Virus record (IMG/VR): IMGVR_UViG_3300026116_000035
Origin: a virus
Taxonomy: Duplodnaviria; Caudoviricetes
Length of the DNA stretch: 64,000 nt
Reading direction: 5' to 3' (one strand)
Below the pieces are notes generated by a model. That model was not told the origin of the DNA. It saw only the letters and a program-made list of their open reading frames with translations, and searched no databases. Position 1 is the first letter of the stretch. Each line of letters opens with the position of its first letter. Positions 1 to 10,569 of this stretch are shown piece after piece. The position numbers and the translations under genes were made by a program.

Positions 1-162
1 AGAAGTTCACGCAAAGATTTTATATTAAAAATAATAAGTGGAGATCCTCCTACATATTTTTTATTATCTCATAATTCTGGAGAATTTGCTCCGGATAGAG
101 TTAATCGATTATTAATTATGAATAGAGTAAATGTAAAAAGAAAATTTAAAAGAGTAAAATGA
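1..162 (+). CDS. 3' end of a gene truncated by the window edge (RSSRKDFILK...KRKFKRVK*)
   Basis: Open frame 1 from base 1 to TGA at 160-162; the stop overlaps the ATG of the next ORF (ATGA). Confidence 0.6.
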   Translation, partial: RSSRKDFILKIISGDPPTYFLLSHNSGEFAPDRVNRLLIMNRVNVKRKFKRVK

Positions 163-374
163 GAATAAGAAATTTAAATAAAAATTTGGAAATATTAAGA
201 GCTGTATCATGTTCTAAAACATCTATGTCATCATATGATTATAATACATCTAGAATTTTTCATATTAATTATAAATTAATAAATTTTTTACATATTAATA
301 TTATTAATAAAAGATCAATTGAAGAAAATGTTATAAAGGCAGTTTTGCAATATAAATGTAAAATAAAAAATTAA
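159..374 (+). CDS. hypothetical protein
   Basis: 71-aa ORF coupled to the upstream stop; no motif recognised. Confidence 0.45.
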   Translation: MRIRNLNKNLEILRAVSCSKTSMSSYDYNTSRIFHINYKLINFLHINIINKRSIEENVIKAVLQYKCKIKN

Positions 375-385
375 GAAAGTATTGA

Positions 386-1486
386 ATGAAGGTAAAAATA
401 CAACAATTTTTATTTGGTAAAAATCATAGTTGGAGTGTAGTTGGAAAAGAAATTGGCCGAGAATTAATTCATCGCGGTCATGAAGTTCATTTTATTTCTA
501 CTGATGGAATTAATAAAGAATTTATAGATTCTGATCTAGCTAAATATATTAAATATTATCCAGATAATAATTATGATATAAATTATTCTTATACCGCCCC
601 AAAGAATTTTATTAATTATTTAAATGGAAATAAAGGAATTAGATTAGGATGCTGGAATTATGAATGGCCGTATATGCCGCGAACTTTTGTTCAAGCTATA
701 GCGTCTAAAAATAATGTAGATAAATTTTTACCATCATCTAAATGGTTTTATGATATTTGTTTGCAAAATAAAATTCCAGAAGAAAAACTTTGTTTAATGC
801 CTCATGGTATTGATGTTGATAAATTTATTAACGCTGTACCAATGCAATTAAAAACTGATAAAAAAATTAAAATATTAATTAATGTCACTCAATTACATAT
901 AAGAAAAAATTTACCAGGTACATTAAAAGCTATTGGAGAAGCATTAAATAAAAATGATGATGTATGTTTGGTATTGAAGGTTTCAGATACTAAACCAAAA
1001 ATGGCATTTGAATTATCTTTTTCGCAAGTTTTTAATGAATTTAATAAAAAATATCCAAATCATGTAGAATGTTTAATATTAAAAGAATATATTCCAAATA
1101 TAGAATGTTTATATAAAGCTTGTGATATTTTATTTTTATTAAGTCATGCTGAAGCTTATTCTTTAACTCATGCAGAAGGTTTAATTTCTGGGCAGGTGGT
1201 TTTTTCTAGTAATTATGGAGGAGCCTTAGATTTTTTAAATGATAATAATTCATTTTTGATTCCAGGTAAAATGGTGAGAGCCCCTACTTTATCTCAATAT
1301 TGGGAACCTAATGTTTTGAATGGACATTTTGAACCTGATGTAAAAATTGCCGCTGAAAAACTACGATATTGTATAGATAATTTTGAAACTGTTAAAAAAG
1401 AAAAATTATCATTTGTAACTAAAAATGATATAGATAATTTTAGATGGGGCAAACAAGTTGATATTTTAGAAGGATTAGTTAAATGA
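386..1486 (+). CDS. GT-B fold glycosyltransferase (GT4-like)
   Basis: GHEVHFIS, MPHGIDVDKF, and C-terminal HAEAYSLTHAEG...SNYGGALDF resembling the GT4 E-x7-E region. Confidence 0.8.
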   Translation: MKVKIQQFLFGKNHSWSVVGKEIGRELIHRGHEVHFISTDGINKEFIDSDLAKYIKYYPDNNYDINYSYTAPKNFINYLNGNKGIRLGCWNYEWPYMPRTFVQAIASKNNVDKFLPSSKWFYDICLQNKIPEEKLCLMPHGIDVDKFINAVPMQLKTDKKIKILINVTQLHIRKNLPGTLKAIGEALNKNDDVCLVLKVSDTKPKMAFELSFSQVFNEFNKKYPNHVECLILKEYIPNIECLYKACDILFLLSHAEAYSLTHAEGLISGQVVFSSNYGGALDFLNDNNSFLIPGKMVRAPTLSQYWEPNVLNGHFEPDVKIAAEKLRYCIDNFETVKKEKLSFVTKNDIDNFRWGKQVDILEGLVK

Positions 1487-2226
1487 AAGTATCTATAATA
1501 ATACCTGTATTTAATAATTGGAATTTAACTAAAGCTTGTTTAAATGATTTATCTAAATTACCTGATGATCATGAAATTATTTTAGTTGATAATGGATCTA
1601 CAGATGAAACTAAAAATATATTAAATTTATCTAAAAATCAATTACCAGTTAATTTTGTTTTAATTAGAAATGAAGATAATTTAGGATTTGCTAAAAGTTC
1701 AAATCAAGGAGCTAAAATAGCAAAAGGTGAATATTTAATATTTTTAAATAATGACATTAGGGTTAAAAAAGATTTAAGTAATTGGACAAATTTATTAACT
1801 AAAGTAGCTGAAAATGATTGTTTGGTTAGTCCTACAGTAGGTTTATTAAATGCTAGCTTTAATTTTATAAATGAAAATAATATTAGAGAAAGTGATGATA
1901 TAATAAATAATGTAGATGAATTTAAATATTATAATCGATATCCAAATTCAATTATTTATTTAAGTGGATGGTGTTTATGTGCTAAAAAAGAAATATTTAA
2001 TAAATTAATAATAAATGATTATGATGGACCGTTTACTGAAGAATTTTTTACTTATTTTGAAGATACTGATTTAAGTATTCGGGCTAAAAAATTAAATATA
2101 AAAAAGGCTCAAGTATATATTCCATTAGTACATTTTGGAAGAATGACAAGTACAAAAGTAGGATTACAAAGTTTATATAGAGTAGCAAGGGAAAAATTCA
2201 TAAATAAATGGAAGAACCAACTTTAG
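1483..2226 (+). CDS. GT2 family glycosyltransferase
   Basis: VSIIIPVFNN, ILVDNGSTD, NLGFAKSSNQG, FLNND, YFEDTDL. Confidence 0.88.
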   Translation: MKVSIIIPVFNNWNLTKACLNDLSKLPDDHEIILVDNGSTDETKNILNLSKNQLPVNFVLIRNEDNLGFAKSSNQGAKIAKGEYLIFLNNDIRVKKDLSNWTNLLTKVAENDCLVSPTVGLLNASFNFINENNIRESDDIINNVDEFKYYNRYPNSIIYLSGWCLCAKKEIFNKLIINDYDGPFTEEFFTYFEDTDLSIRAKKLNIKKAQVYIPLVHFGRMTSTKVGLQSLYRVAREKFINKWKNQL

Positions 2227-2258
2227 AAAATCAAATATATTTTATATGTAGTGTATTT

Positions 2259-2351
2259 ATGAGGATAGTATTATTTTCATTATTTGGCTTATTTTTCTGT
2301 ATATATGTAATATTGATCCTTATATTGGCTATAAAATTATTATTTCCATGA
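2259..2351 (+). CDS. possible 30-aa hydrophobic single-pass membrane peptide (MRIVLFSLFGLFFCIYVILILILAIKLLFP)
   Basis: Manually translated ORF filling an otherwise empty gap; no clear SD; hydrophobic ORFs arise easily in AT-rich DNA. Confidence 0.3.
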   Translation: MRIVLFSLFGLFFCIYVILILILAIKLLFP

Positions 2352-2402
2352 CTTTATTAGGTGCTGTTATTGGGGTTGGTGATGTTTTGAAGAGGATGAG
2401 TA

Positions 2403-3230
2403 ATGGTTAATTTGCACGTATTTACTTTATCATGGAATGGTTTAGATAAATTAAATAAATTAAAAACTGGTTTATTTGATAATTTAAATTACATAAAAGA
2501 AAATAAAAATATTAATTATTTATGGAATATACGTGATAATGGAAGTAAAGATAATACAGTAAAAGAAGTTAATTCATGGATTTCTGAAGGTTTACCGATT
2601 AATCTTACAGAAGTTGGACATAATCGATTAAATTTTTCACAGGGAATGAATTGTATTTTTAAAAATATCATTTATTCTGATAATGATTTAATATTATTGT
2701 TAAATAATGATATTACATTTGAAGATAATAAATCACTTTTTAATATGTTGAATTTAATGAAAGACGATGTTGGAATTGTGGGTTCTAAATTATTATTTAC
2801 AGGAACTAATAAATTACAACATGCTGGAATTGTATATTCAAATTATCGTGGTGGTAATGCTTGGAATTATCGAACTGGAGAAATTGATGATAGTGATGCT
2901 TCAAAAAATCGATATTTTCAAGGAGTGTCTGGAGCTGTATTATTAACTAAAGCTAAAATTTATGAAGAAGTAAATGGATTATCAGAAGATTTACATTGGG
3001 CTTTTGATGATTGTGATTATGGTTTAAAAATCAAACAATTAGGTAAAAAAATTATATATTGTGGAGATACTAAAATTTTTCATGAAAATTCAGCTTCATT
3101 AAAAAAGAATCCGGTTAATACTTTATTTTTAAATGAAAATTTAAGAATATTTAAAACTAGGTGGTTTGGCAAATATGAAATTGATCATGATAAGTATTTA
3201 AAAAATAAAAATTATAATGAAATTAAATGA
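2403..3230 (+). CDS. GT2 family glycosyltransferase
   Basis: RDNGSKD, LLLNND, LQHAGI, VSGAVLL, AFDDCDYGL. Confidence 0.85.
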   Translation: MVNLHVFTLSWNGLDKLNKLKTGLFDNLNYIKENKNINYLWNIRDNGSKDNTVKEVNSWISEGLPINLTEVGHNRLNFSQGMNCIFKNIIYSDNDLILLLNNDITFEDNKSLFNMLNLMKDDVGIVGSKLLFTGTNKLQHAGIVYSNYRGGNAWNYRTGEIDDSDASKNRYFQGVSGAVLLTKAKIYEEVNGLSEDLHWAFDDCDYGLKIKQLGKKIIYCGDTKIFHENSASLKKNPVNTLFLNENLRIFKTRWFGKYEIDHDKYLKNKNYNEIK

Positions 3231-4183
3231 GTGTTTGTTATTTTCCTTTTTGTCCTGGTATTCCTTGGCAATTAAATTCAAGTAGAGTAGTCCAACCTAC
3301 ATTAAATAGTGAAATTTGGTTTAAAGCTATAAATGATAAAAATCCTATAATTACTTGTTTTGGTGGATTATTTGAAACTTTTTTTGCTTTATCTTATGCA
3401 GAAGCTTTAAATAAATTAATACCCACCAAAAAATTAATATTTAATGGCAATCCTACATTTAATAAATTAATTAGTTTAAATGGTTTAGCCACTTCGGGAA
3501 ATTTAATTTCTAAAAGTGAAGTTGAACAATATCCATTACCATTATTTTTCGATCAAGAAAATAATGTTTATTTTAATTGTTTATTTAATTATTTAAAAAT
3601 TTATAATAATATTAATGTTTACGCATACAAAAATTTAAAAGCATTAAGTAAACAAATATTTATAAATTCATGTTTACCTTGGAATATTAATTATATACCT
3701 AAATTAAGAAACTTAATAGAACCACCTGAATTTGCTAAATGGAAATTATCTAAAAAATTTAATATAGATAAGCCCTTTGTATTAATTTTTCCAGATAAAA
3801 CAGGATTATCTGAGCATCCACAATCTGCATTAAAATGGTCAATAAATGATATTAAATCATTTATATCAATGATTTATGGTTCTGGAATGGAGTCAGTAAT
3901 TGTAACAAAAAATATTGGAAGATATACAGGAATTAATAGTTTGGTTATTGAGCCAAATTTAGAGCATATTTTTTATTTAATTGAAAAATGTGGCGTTATA
4001 TTAGCAGAAGAGATAGATTTTTTATTAATCAGTTTAATGATTTCGAAAAATGCAACAGTGGTTAGTAGGAAAAATAAATATCAATATTCTATTAAATCTA
4101 ATAAAAAATTTTATAAAACTGATATAAAAATAATTGAAAGTAAAAAATTAATTCCATTTGAAGTTTATAAAGCAATTAAATAA
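3227..4183 (+). CDS. putative glycosyltransferase-like protein (GT9/GT-B-like, weak)
   Basis: Position in the glycan island; PFVLIFPD...WS and LIEKCGVILA segments loosely resemble heptosyltransferase-fold proteins. Confidence 0.35.
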   Translation: MSVCYFPFCPGIPWQLNSSRVVQPTLNSEIWFKAINDKNPIITCFGGLFETFFALSYAEALNKLIPTKKLIFNGNPTFNKLISLNGLATSGNLISKSEVEQYPLPLFFDQENNVYFNCLFNYLKIYNNINVYAYKNLKALSKQIFINSCLPWNINYIPKLRNLIEPPEFAKWKLSKKFNIDKPFVLIFPDKTGLSEHPQSALKWSINDIKSFISMIYGSGMESVIVTKNIGRYTGINSLVIEPNLEHIFYLIEKCGVILAEEIDFLLISLMISKNATVVSRKNKYQYSIKSNKKFYKTDIKIIESKKLIPFEVYKAIK

Positions 4184-4206
4184 TTTGATTGTAAATTAAA
4201 GGTAGT

Positions 4207-4959
4207 ATGAAAATAGCAGAATCTGTAATTTCTATTATGATGGTCACTTATAATCGTTTAGAATTAACTAAACAAACTATAACTAATATTTATGAAACTG
4301 TAAAAACTCCATTTGAATTTGTTATTATTGATAACGCTTCTACTGATGGAACCATAGAATATTTAAATGAATTAAATAAACAATATAATAATATACATTT
4401 AAAATTTAATAAAATAAATAAGGGAATTGGTTGGGGAAGGTCTCAAGCTCTTTTATTGGCGGACACATTAAATACAGAATGGTATGTTACTATAGATAAT
4501 GATGTTTTATTTCATAGTGGCTGGTTAGATGAGTGTATTGAAATATTAACTCATAATAAACATTTTGGAGCTATTGGTGTAAGTTTTGAACCTACAGTGT
4601 ATCCAATTATTAAGTCAAATGGATATGAATTTGAATATAAATCTAAAGGTAATTTAGGAACAGCATGTATGGTTTTTCATAAATCATTACATAAAATGAT
4701 TGGATTTTTTAATACTACATTTGATAAATATGCTCATGAAGATGCCGATTGGGGAAATAGAGTTGTTTTTGCTGGATTAAAATTAGGATATATTAAAACT
4801 CATGGTACTCATATAGGTGAAGGGGTAAATGATCAAGGCACTTATCGTGAGTTTAAAAATAAACAACATCAAGATAACCTTCAAAAATATTATAAAGATT
4901 ATACATTATATGCTTCTGGTAAAAAATCATTATATATTCCATTTAAGGATAATGAATGA
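4207..4959 (+). CDS. GT2 family glycosyltransferase
   Basis: ISIMMVTYNR, IIDNASTDGT, TIDND, HEDADW. Confidence 0.88.
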   Translation: MKIAESVISIMMVTYNRLELTKQTITNIYETVKTPFEFVIIDNASTDGTIEYLNELNKQYNNIHLKFNKINKGIGWGRSQALLLADTLNTEWYVTIDNDVLFHSGWLDECIEILTHNKHFGAIGVSFEPTVYPIIKSNGYEFEYKSKGNLGTACMVFHKSLHKMIGFFNTTFDKYAHEDADWGNRVVFAGLKLGYIKTHGTHIGEGVNDQGTYREFKNKQHQDNLQKYYKDYTLYASGKKSLYIPFKDNE

Positions 4960-7037
4960 ATGATATTGAATTAAATGGATTAGAAATAAAACCATATATT
5001 CATTCTCAAAAAAATTGCCGACCCTCAGCTTCTGGCTATGTTATGGAGGCTTTAGATTCTTCTTTTATTATAGATTTATCAAATTTTCAAAATATATCTA
5101 AGATTGCAATTATAACTAAACGAATATCTGGAAATGGTAAAGTTATTATAAATGATTTAAACTTTGATGTTTTATCTAAAGATTCCAATATATTAGAAAT
5201 AGGTCCCACAAAAACATTAACTTTTTTAAGGAATGATTTATGTATTGGTAAAATTATTATTGCTAATATTAAAATATCAATAAATGATGTACAATTAAAT
5301 ATTAATCCATCATTTATTGATCAAAGAATTATTGCTCAAAATCCAGAAAATTGGCGAAATTTACTTATGAAGTGTGGGGAAATAAGGGGAATTAAGTTAG
5401 TTAATAATAAGCTATTAGTTTCAGAAGGTGCCTTTATTCAAAAAAGCGATTTAATAAATTATATCGAAACTGAACCACCCAATTGTTTTATTAAATCAGA
5501 TGTGATTAAATTCATATATCCTTGTGAAATAACGAATATTTCATTTAGTGAAAATACAATATTAGTCGATAAATCAAATACAATTTATAAACATTTTAAT
5601 GAGCCTGTTAATACTATGATTAATGTATTACCTAGTATTTTAGCTAATGACAACTTTACCGCAAAAGAAAATATGACAAAAAGTGATAATATTATATATG
5701 ATTCTTTAGAAAATGGTATAAATCCATCAACATTAACTAAAGTTGATGATGTAGAGGCCCATCAAGGTAAAAATAATAAAGGGGCTATTATTAAAAAAGA
5801 TGGAACTTTTTGTGTTCCGTTGTCTATGTTGCAACCAAATATGCAGTATGTAGTTGTTGTTAATATTAAGAAAATAAATGGAAATGGTAAATTTGGTATT
5901 CAAATAACTACAACTGATAATATTCCTAAAGGTTCAGTTGTTACAGTTGCTACAGATCGTGAAACAGAATTATATCTTAAATTAAATACTGATTCTGAAC
6001 CGACCCCTGGAAATTCCTATATGTTAAAATTCTTCCGTCCAGAAGAATCTAGTTTTGGAGATTTATTATTAAATCGTTTGATGGTAATTAGCGGTATTGC
6101 TTTGGCTAATTTAGTTAATCCACAAAATAATAAACCAGCTCAAATTAAAGTAAGTAAATTTAATAATAAAAATGAAACAGACCCAATTAGAGGATTAGCT
6201 AAACTTTATCATAGAAATTTACCACATAAAAAAACTAATCCTATTTTTAATTACTCTGGAGAAATTTCTCTTAAAAGCAGTTCAGCTATCAATTGGTTTA
6301 ATAAATTAAGTCCTCTTTGTTCTAAAATAAAAGTTACAGATAATGCAAAAATATTATTTAGTGAACTAACTTCCTTAAATTCAGCTGATATTATATTTTT
6401 GGAACCATTTACGGAAGACATATCATCTGAAGATATGAATATTTTACAATGTGCAAAAATTATTATTTCTTCATCCTCAGAAAATGTAAAATTATTAACC
6501 GAATTATTTCCAAATGTTTCAGTTAAATTGCTAGAACGTACTTGGCCAATGATTGAATCAACGCCAATAAAACATTTACCTAAAGATTATTGTGTAATGT
6601 TTCACAGAAATGCTGAAATTACACATAAAGTTGTAAGTAATTATCCTAATAATTATCCACCATTAGTATTAATCGGGGCACAACATTCTTATAATGAAAA
6701 TATAATTCAATTAAATGAATATATTAGTTATGATAAAATTTTAGACGTATTAATTAATTGTAAAATTCTAATTGATTTTCCTGAATATAATCAGTATATG
6801 TCAGGATTGTTATCATTAGCTTTTGATTATGGTATCCCTGTTGTTACTTCTAATAATTTTGGAAAAGATAAATATAATTGTAAATTTTTAATATCAAATA
6901 AAAATGATAAAATTAATTTGCCAGAAGTCGAGAATATTCAAAAAGCAATAGTTGAATTATTAGAATTTAAAAAACTTGAAGTTAATTCAGAACATAATAA
7001 AAAATTAGATGAATTATTTTCAACAATATTTAATTGA
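4956..7037 (+). CDS. large multidomain hypothetical protein, beta-rich N-terminus with a possible degenerate GT-B C-terminus
   Basis: 693-aa ORF; C-terminal LINCKILIDFPE...LAFDYGIPVVTS resembles a GT4 nucleotide-binding tail. Confidence 0.45.
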   Translation: MNDIELNGLEIKPYIHSQKNCRPSASGYVMEALDSSFIIDLSNFQNISKIAIITKRISGNGKVIINDLNFDVLSKDSNILEIGPTKTLTFLRNDLCIGKIIIANIKISINDVQLNINPSFIDQRIIAQNPENWRNLLMKCGEIRGIKLVNNKLLVSEGAFIQKSDLINYIETEPPNCFIKSDVIKFIYPCEITNISFSENTILVDKSNTIYKHFNEPVNTMINVLPSILANDNFTAKENMTKSDNIIYDSLENGINPSTLTKVDDVEAHQGKNNKGAIIKKDGTFCVPLSMLQPNMQYVVVVNIKKINGNGKFGIQITTTDNIPKGSVVTVATDRETELYLKLNTDSEPTPGNSYMLKFFRPEESSFGDLLLNRLMVISGIALANLVNPQNNKPAQIKVSKFNNKNETDPIRGLAKLYHRNLPHKKTNPIFNYSGEISLKSSSAINWFNKLSPLCSKIKVTDNAKILFSELTSLNSADIIFLEPFTEDISSEDMNILQCAKIIISSSSENVKLLTELFPNVSVKLLERTWPMIESTPIKHLPKDYCVMFHRNAEITHKVVSNYPNNYPPLVLIGAQHSYNENIIQLNEYISYDKILDVLINCKILIDFPEYNQYMSGLLSLAFDYGIPVVTSNNFGKDKYNCKFLISNKNDKINLPEVENIQKAIVELLEFKKLEVNSEHNKKLDELFSTIFN

Positions 7038-7043
7038 GGTATA

Positions 7044-8000
7044 ATGACTGAAAAAGTAAAAGTTAATTTAATTTATACTCCCCAAAATGTTGATGCTACA
7101 TCTCCTAGATTTCAAAATGAATTTGGTGAATTATGGATGAATGCACATCATAAATCAGATATGCATAATATTAGTATGAGTTTTTATTCAGCTAATTATC
7201 CAAACCCGATAGCTTTAGGTGATTCAATATATGTAATTGAACCTAAATGTGTTTCAGAGCGAGATTATGAAATTGAATTTTTAGAACGATTTAAATATAT
7301 TTTTACTTGGGCTGATAATGCTTTTAAAAATACTAGAATTCAAAATAAAATAATTCCATTAAATCATCCAAGTTGTTGGGGTATGGATAAACAAGGTTTT
7401 GAAAATAGAAAAAAACAATGGGCTTCTTGGAATAATAGAAGGGATGAAATTACTTTTATTGCTAATAATAAAGCTTCAACACATAGAACAGAATTATATA
7501 GTGTTAGAGTTATGTTAGCTCAATGGCTAAATAATAATTCAGAGAAATATAAAGTTAGTTGGTATGCTCAAGGAAATATTACTCAGCCATATTTTAAAGG
7601 TACAATTGGGGAAAAATCAGAAGTATTAAATAATGTCAAATTTTCTATTTGTACTGAAAATTGCTATGATGAAAAATATAGCTCTAATTATTTTACTGAG
7701 AAAATGCCTGAAGTTTGGTTTTCAGGAGCCGTTCCAATTTATACAGGATGTTATAATATAGATAAATTTGGCTTTCATCCGGATTCTTACATTGATTTAC
7801 GAAAATTTATGGATCATAAAGCAATTAAATATAGAGAATTATTAAATGAAATAAATTCTTTTAATGAAGAAAAATACAATAAATATTTAGAAGCTGTTAA
7901 TTATAATATATATAATGCAGATTTATTTAATATAATTTCGGAAGAAAAAGTCATGAGTAAAATGATTGAAACTTTTTATAAGGAAAAGAATGGACTATAA
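7044..8000 (+). CDS. GT10-like (alpha-1,3-fucosyltransferase family) glycosyltransferase
   Basis: KFSICTENC...YFTEKMPE...GAVPIYTG matches the GT10 GDP-fucose-binding motif (FxLxFEN...YxTEK...vPIy). Confidence 0.72.
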   Translation: MTEKVKVNLIYTPQNVDATSPRFQNEFGELWMNAHHKSDMHNISMSFYSANYPNPIALGDSIYVIEPKCVSERDYEIEFLERFKYIFTWADNAFKNTRIQNKIIPLNHPSCWGMDKQGFENRKKQWASWNNRRDEITFIANNKASTHRTELYSVRVMLAQWLNNNSEKYKVSWYAQGNITQPYFKGTIGEKSEVLNNVKFSICTENCYDEKYSSNYFTEKMPEVWFSGAVPIYTGCYNIDKFGFHPDSYIDLRKFMDHKAIKYRELLNEINSFNEEKYNKYLEAVNYNIYNADLFNIISEEKVMSKMIETFYKEKNGL

Positions 8001-8739
8001 AAATTTTGTAATTATTATTCCTTCATATAATAATGCTAAATGGTATGAGCAAAATGTAATTTCTGCTATGCAACAAAATTATCCTAAAGATAAATTTAGA
8101 GTAATATATACCAATGATGCGTCTATAGATGATACTGGTACTTTAGTTAATAATTTAATTGAAAAACATAAATGGGATAACATTAAATTAATTAATAATA
8201 TTGAAAGATTAGGTGCTTTACATAATATATATAATATGATTCATTCTTGTAATGATGATGAAATTATTGTTGATTTGGATGCAGATGATACTTTAGCCGG
8301 CCCACATGTATTAGAAAGATTAAATCAAGAATATCAAAATCCTAATGTATGGATGACGTGGGGTTCCTATTTAGATTCTTGTAATATGACTCGTGGATGT
8401 TGTAAACCATATGAGCAAACTGTTATTGATAGGAATGCTTATCATGTTGTTCCCTGGAGATGTTCTCATTTACGAACAAGGATAGCTAAATTATTTAAAT
8501 TAGTTAAAAAAGAAGATTTAATGTATCAAGGTAAATTTTTTATGTCCGCTTGGGATCTTTCTTATCAATTAAGAATGTTAAGTATGGCTGGTGGGAGATT
8601 TTCTTATATAAATGATATTTTGTATATTTATAATAATGATAATCCTATTTCTGATTATAAAGTAAGAGCACAAGAACAAGCTTTTTTTGATCAGTATATT
8701 AGACGTCAAAAACCTTATGAAAAAATAGATTCATTATGA
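7990..8739 (+). CDS. GT2 family glycosyltransferase
   Basis: IIIPSYNN, NDASIDDT, LDADD; start moved to ATG 7990 behind AAGGA. Confidence 0.85.
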   Translation: MDYKNFVIIIPSYNNAKWYEQNVISAMQQNYPKDKFRVIYTNDASIDDTGTLVNNLIEKHKWDNIKLINNIERLGALHNIYNMIHSCNDDEIIVDLDADDTLAGPHVLERLNQEYQNPNVWMTWGSYLDSCNMTRGCCKPYEQTVIDRNAYHVVPWRCSHLRTRIAKLFKLVKKEDLMYQGKFFMSAWDLSYQLRMLSMAGGRFSYINDILYIYNNDNPISDYKVRAQEQAFFDQYIRRQKPYEKIDSL

Positions 8740-9464
8740 GTATTACTTTTTCTGATTTAGGTAAAATGGGACGCTTGGGTAATATATTATTTCAAGCATC
8801 TGCTACTATTGCTTTAGCATTAGATAATAATGTAGATTATCAATTTCCTAAATTTTGGTCTGATCGTAAATATTTTAATATACCAGAAGAAAAATTTGTA
8901 GATAAATTATATTATTTAAATAATTACAAAGAATTAAATTACCATTATAATAAAATAATATTTAAAGATAATTTAAATTTAAATGGATATTTTCAAAGTT
9001 ATTATTATTTTAATTCTCAAGATAAAATAATAAAAAAATTATTAACACCTAATATTATAATTAATAAACAAGATTATGTTAGTTTGCATGTTAGGCGAAC
9101 TGATTATTTAATTCACAATAATTGTTATAAAATATTAAATAGAAATAATTATTATGATAAAGCAATGGAAATTTCTAGTGGAAAGAAATTTTTAATATTT
9201 TCTGATGATATAAATTGGTGTAAACAAAATTTTACTGGTAATGAATTTGATTTTGTAGAGGGTAATAATGCACCAACAGATTTAAAGTTAATGGCAAATT
9301 GTTTGGGTGGAAATATAATTGCAAATAGTAGTTTTTCATGGTGGGGAGCCTATCTTAATGAAAATATTAATAATTGCGTTATATCTCCTAATGATTGGTT
9401 TGGTCCTGAGTTGTCAATGAATAATACTAAAGATTTATATTTGCCGAGTTGGATAAGGATTTAA
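8736..9464 (+). CDS. GT11 family (alpha-1,2-fucosyltransferase-like) glycosyltransferase
   Basis: GRLGNILFQ, GYFQS, SLHVRRTDY, IFSDD, IIANSSFSWWGAYL are GT11 signatures. Confidence 0.88.
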   Translation: MSITFSDLGKMGRLGNILFQASATIALALDNNVDYQFPKFWSDRKYFNIPEEKFVDKLYYLNNYKELNYHYNKIIFKDNLNLNGYFQSYYYFNSQDKIIKKLLTPNIIINKQDYVSLHVRRTDYLIHNNCYKILNRNNYYDKAMEISSGKKFLIFSDDINWCKQNFTGNEFDFVEGNNAPTDLKLMANCLGGNIIANSSFSWWGAYLNENINNCVISPNDWFGPELSMNNTKDLYLPSWIRI

Positions 9465-9469
9465 GAGAA

Positions 9470-10450
9470 ATGAGAGTATTATATTTACCTTTAAATTATG
9501 GAAGTACAGTTCAGGACGGAGTATATGACGCATTTAATCAATTAAATTGTCAATTAGAAATATTTGATTATTTTGAACATTATAATAATGCCGGAAATAA
9601 TCAAAGAAATGTTAGGCAAATGTTAATTGAGGTAGCAAAACGATTTAGACCTGATTTAATTTATTGTCAAATTCAACATACAGTTATTATTGATGCCGAT
9701 ACAATTAATGGAATTAGGAATTATTGTCCAATGGTTAAAATAGTTAATTATACTATTGATGCCAGAAATTATATTCCTGGTCCATATTTTAGTGTGTCTA
9801 GAATTTCTGATCTTAATTTAATTACATCAACTGGACAATTACAAATGTATAAGGATAATAATGTTCCTAATATACATTATTTGCAAGTTGGTTATAATCC
9901 TAAACATTATTTTCCTGAAGTTGAAGCTAAATCATCATATGAATTTGATACAGTATTTTTAGCTAATGTTAATAATGTTGAAAATTATCCTGGTCATTCT
10001 CAAAGAATTGATACAGTACATGCGTTAAGAAAAGCTTTTGGAAATAGATTTGGTTTATTTGGTCACGGTTGGCCTAAAGAATTAAAATCTCTAGGGTCTG
10101 TTGATATAAATTTAGCTGTTAAAAATGTATATGCAAATAGTTTTTCTACAATCAGTGTGAGTCATTTTAATGAAATTACTCATTATTTTTCTGATAGATT
10201 ATTAATGTGTTTAGCTTCCGGCAGACCTACTGTTTCTTGGCATTTTCCAGGTTATGAAAGTTATTTTGTTAATAAGCAAGATTTATTAATTGGAAATAGT
10301 CCTGATGAAATTGTAAATAATGTTAAATGGTTGTTAGAAAATCCTGATAGAGCTAATTTAATTGGTCAAAATGGAGCAAGTAAAGTATTTTGTGAACATA
10401 CATATTTAAGCAGAATTAAAGAAATGCTTGAAATGATCGGATTACAATAA
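9470..10450 (+). CDS. CgeB/DUF3880-like GT-B glycosyltransferase
   Basis: VFLAN, LFGHGW, YFSDRLLMCLASG, IGQNG...HTYLSRI; start placed at ATG 9470 behind AAGGA. Confidence 0.75.
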   Translation: MRVLYLPLNYGSTVQDGVYDAFNQLNCQLEIFDYFEHYNNAGNNQRNVRQMLIEVAKRFRPDLIYCQIQHTVIIDADTINGIRNYCPMVKIVNYTIDARNYIPGPYFSVSRISDLNLITSTGQLQMYKDNNVPNIHYLQVGYNPKHYFPEVEAKSSYEFDTVFLANVNNVENYPGHSQRIDTVHALRKAFGNRFGLFGHGWPKELKSLGSVDINLAVKNVYANSFSTISVSHFNEITHYFSDRLLMCLASGRPTVSWHFPGYESYFVNKQDLLIGNSPDEIVNNVKWLLENPDRANLIGQNGASKVFCEHTYLSRIKEMLEMIGLQ

Positions 10451-10458
10451 GGAATATT

Positions 10459-10563
10459 TTGTTTGGGTATCAATATAGTGCTAAATTAACTCCCGAGGAA
10501 AGACAAAGAATTATTAATTCAATCATTAAAAATATTAAAAAATCAAGATATATTTGTTATTAA
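10459..10563 (+). CDS. possible 34-aa small protein (TTG start; FGYQYSAKLTPEERQRIINSIIKNIKKSRYICY)
   Basis: AAGGAA SD just upstream; the TAA stop overlaps the SD of the next gene; fills the gap exactly. Confidence 0.45.
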   Translation: MFGYQYSAKLTPEERQRIINSIIKNIKKSRYICY

Positions 10564-10569
10564 GGAAAT

